Below, one piece after another: positions 61,929-64,000 of a stretch of 64,000 nucleotides of DNA (its first letter is position 1; each line of letters starts with the position of its first letter). Origin of the DNA: an uncultured cyanobacterium (GTDB lineage: Bacteria > Cyanobacteriota > Cyanobacteriia > Cyanobacteriales > CAWUOF01); contig CAVUSO010000001.1 of assembly GCA_963744145.1 (NCBI GenBank), positions 5,888,001 to 5,952,000 on the forward strand, in the 5' to 3' direction. A model generated the notes under the pieces. It worked only from the letters and a program-made list of their open reading frames with translations. It was not told the DNA's origin and searched no databases. The translations under genes were made by a program, and so were the position numbers.

Positions 61929-62304
61929 ATGCCTGGTTTCGGAGATATTGTACAAAAGGCGTTCTACCTAGGAGTAGGAATAGCATCTCTAGCTGGTGAA
62001 AAAGCAGGTACTACGATCGCGCAGTTACGCATCCAAGCTCAAAAACTAGCAGATGAACTCGTAGCAAGGGGAGAAATGAGCAGCCGAAGAAGCACGTCGG
62101 TTGGTTGAGGATATGGTTAATAAAGCACAACAACCACCAACTGAAGCATCTTCATCCCCATCTCAACCATCCGAACCGCGTCGAATTGAGATTCTTACCG
62201 ATGAAGAAGAACCAACTCAGCAAGAATCTCCCGATGATGTTGAAAAAATGCGTAGACAAGTAGAAGCTATGCAAGCAGAACTTCGTCGTCTTCAACGCGA
62301 TTAA
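61929..62304 (+). CDS. Phasin-like conserved protein, frameshifted at about 62082
   Basis: MPGFGDIVQKAFYLGVGIASLAGEKA...LVARGEMS then EEARRLVEDMV in the next frame; span is 376 nt. Confidence 0.75.
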
Positions 62305-62317
62305 ATGACAAGGTGAT

Positions 62318-62761
62318 ATGTTCCCAAACCCTATGGATGAGTGGTCAAAAGACTTTTTGGTGATGCTAGAAACAGCAGCTAATGAGGTGGAACAGTTTTT
62401 CCTAGAAGTCACTCAAGATGTGACCGTTATAGTAGAAACTCTATGGCAAGCTTCTGAAGAATTTACCGAAGAACTGCATCAGAATATTTTCCCCGAATTA
62501 GATTTGCGTCTGCAAGAGTTAATTGAACCACTTTTTGATGATGATCCCGGAAGTGAAGAACCGATCGATAATTTGCCTCAAATCGTTACCTATTTAGAAC
62601 CAACTCCACAAAAGCATCCTGCTTGTATAGGTTGTCAACACTACCACGGTCAAGTTTATGGGGGCAATTTGCTAGTTTGTGGAATGCACCCCTACGGTTG
62701 GGAAACCAACAACTGTCCGGATTGGGAAGCTGATGATTTTCACACAAATTATCCTGATTGA
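62318..62761 (+). CDS. Conserved hypothetical acidic protein with Cys/His-rich C-terminus
   Basis: PACIGCQHYHGQVYGGNLLVCGMHPYG...CPDW. Confidence 0.8.
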   Translation: MFPNPMDEWSKDFLVMLETAANEVEQFFLEVTQDVTVIVETLWQASEEFTEELHQNIFPELDLRLQELIEPLFDDDPGSEEPIDNLPQIVTYLEPTPQKHPACIGCQHYHGQVYGGNLLVCGMHPYGWETNNCPDWEADDFHTNYPD

Positions 62762-62842
62762 CAAATCAAACGGATATGAAGCTGAAAACGATTGCTAGTT
62801 AAACGGTAAGCGCGATCGAATTCGGGTGATTAATAATCGTAT

Positions 62843-63436
62843 CTATTGGTCTACAAGCATATCGTCAACACTAATTAGTAAATCTGGAAATGCCAGGGGT
62901 GAGATACTTTCACCGCGTCTAAATTGTTGGATACTTTCATAACCGTTCGGACCAGGATTGCGATAAACCTCTATCAATTCGGCATTAATGTCTACGATCC
63001 AAAGTTCAATAATTCCTGCTCTGGCATAGCACACTGACTTAACATTACGGTCATCATCAATGGTGGTATCCGCTACTTCAATTAGTAAATAAACATCTTG
63101 GATTTGGATATCTGATTCTATGTAATCATCTTTACAAGGTTTCAAAATTGATAGATCGGGTTCCGGTTGTAATCCCCCGTTTAATCTGACTGGGATTTGA
63201 ACTGCAACTAAGGCACGCTTTCTTAAATTTTCAGAAAAAATTCTATCCAGCCGAATTATGTACCCAGCGTGACGACGCCCCATTGGTGCCATATAAATAA
63301 TATCCCCATCAATTAGCTCTGTCCTACCATCTCCCAGCATCCCCAACTCACCTAGCTGGTAATATTCCTCTACCGTGAATTTCTTTCTTGTTGGTGTGGT
63401 TGCTACTGCGGTCATCTTTCTCACCATCTTATCCAC
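62843..63436 (-). CDS. Uma2 family protein
   Basis: FTVEEY, ELIDG, PEPD, LLIEVAD, K..YARAGI.E.WIVD; start may be 63415. Confidence 0.9.
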   Translation of the reverse strand: MDKMVRKMTAVATTPTRKKFTVEEYYQLGELGMLGDGRTELIDGDIIYMAPMGRRHAGYIIRLDRIFSENLRKRALVAVQIPVRLNGGLQPEPDLSILKPCKDDYIESDIQIQDVYLLIEVADTTIDDDRNVKSVCYARAGIIELWIVDINAELIEVYRNPGPNGYESIQQFRRGESISPLAFPDLLISVDDMLVDQ

Positions 63437-63475
63437 TAATTCTTATTCTAAATTGCGTTCAGGTAGTGTACCTTA

Positions 63476-64000
63476 TACCAATTCTTGCAACTTTGACTAC
63501 AGATAGTGTAGAGTATAATTTGAGTAGAGTTGAAGGAAAAATATGGCAGGAGTTTATCACCTAGACATTAAGGAAAGTGAAGCCGAGCTGAAGAAATTGC
63601 TCGCAGTGGAAAAAACTGGTCCAGGAAAAGAACGATTACAAGCATTATATCTACTCAAGATAAACAAAGCTAAAACAGTCACAGAAGTTGCTGAAATCTT
63701 GGGCAGAAATCGAGTTACCGTTCAAGATTGGTTAGCCAAATACCGTCAAGGAGGATTGGCCAAATATCTGGGGAAAAAAGTGGGTACAGGCCGACCGAGA
63801 AAAATTCCTGACTGGGCGGTAAAAAGTTTAGAAAAACGACTAAATGAAGAGGAAGGATTTAATAGTTATGGGGAAATTTGTCAATGGCTATCATCCACCC
63901 TTGGGATAGAAGCTAAATATAAAACCGTTCATCAATTAGTGCATTATAAACTAAAAGCCTCACCAAAAATCGCCAGGCCGAAAAGTACAGAACAGTCAAA
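63476..64000 (+). mobile_element. IS630-family element, left part (truncated by window end)
   Basis: Begins TACCAATTC after TTA; followed by a transposase ORF. Confidence 0.8.
63543..64000 (+). CDS. IS630 family transposase N-terminal HTH region (partial)
   Basis: Manual translation MAGVYHLDIKESEAELKKLL...ERLQALYLLK...TVQDWLAKYRQGGL...GRPRKI...YKTVHQLVHYKLKASPKIARP. Confidence 0.85.
   Translation, partial: MAGVYHLDIKESEAELKKLLAVEKTGPGKERLQALYLLKINKAKTVTEVAEILGRNRVTVQDWLAKYRQGGLAKYLGKKVGTGRPRKIPDWAVKSLEKRLNEEEGFNSYGEICQWLSSTLGIEAKYKTVHQLVHYKLKASPKIARPKSTEQS

Larger units (their letters stand above)
1..64000. repeat. HIP1 octamer GCGATCGC dispersed throughout
   Basis: Dozens of copies in coding and non-coding DNA (e.g. 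2221, 3992, 7585, 55741, 61750); none noticed in either IS. Confidence 0.95.

Noticed and set aside
61723..61986. 87-aa minus-strand ORF
   Set aside because: Antisense to ffs and the phasin-like gene; no protein features
1644..62412. Many 60-106 aa ORFs antisense or out of frame to larger genes
   Set aside because: Shadow ORFs with no recognisable motifs

Overview
AT-rich chromosomal segment from a cyanobacterium (very frequent HIP1 octamer GCGATCGC, Rubisco activase, CruG, squalene-hopene cyclase, cyanobacterial-type SRP RNA). Genes: a Wzx/Wzy/Wza/Wzc exopolysaccharide cluster, folP-tpiA, two glycosyltransferases, a Cache-HAMP class III nucleotide cyclase, a SWIM + SNF2 pair, pnp, shc and hpnB, several hybrid histidine kinases, MarR with an RND efflux pair, fur, cruG, rca, a polysaccharide deacetylase, an S66 LD-carboxypeptidase, ffs, three Uma2 genes, an intact ISAs1 element and the left part of an IS630 element. 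The most unusual content is non-coding. (i) At least three MITE families, each with its own target duplication (TAA, ACT, about 10 bp), carry GTAG/GTGG-type REP-like hairpins, nest inside one another and are amplified into a 277-bp x 3.5 tandem array. (ii) One short REP sits in-frame inside a kinase gene. (iii) Two convergent toxin-antitoxin loci have lost both toxins, and both antitoxins carry mobile-element insertions. The cyclase has Asn where adenylyl cyclases have the adenine-specifying Lys. Four otherwise intact genes have 1-2 nt frameshifts that look like consensus errors. No CRISPR-Cas, rRNA or tRNA was seen. All calls come from reading the sequence, with no database searches.
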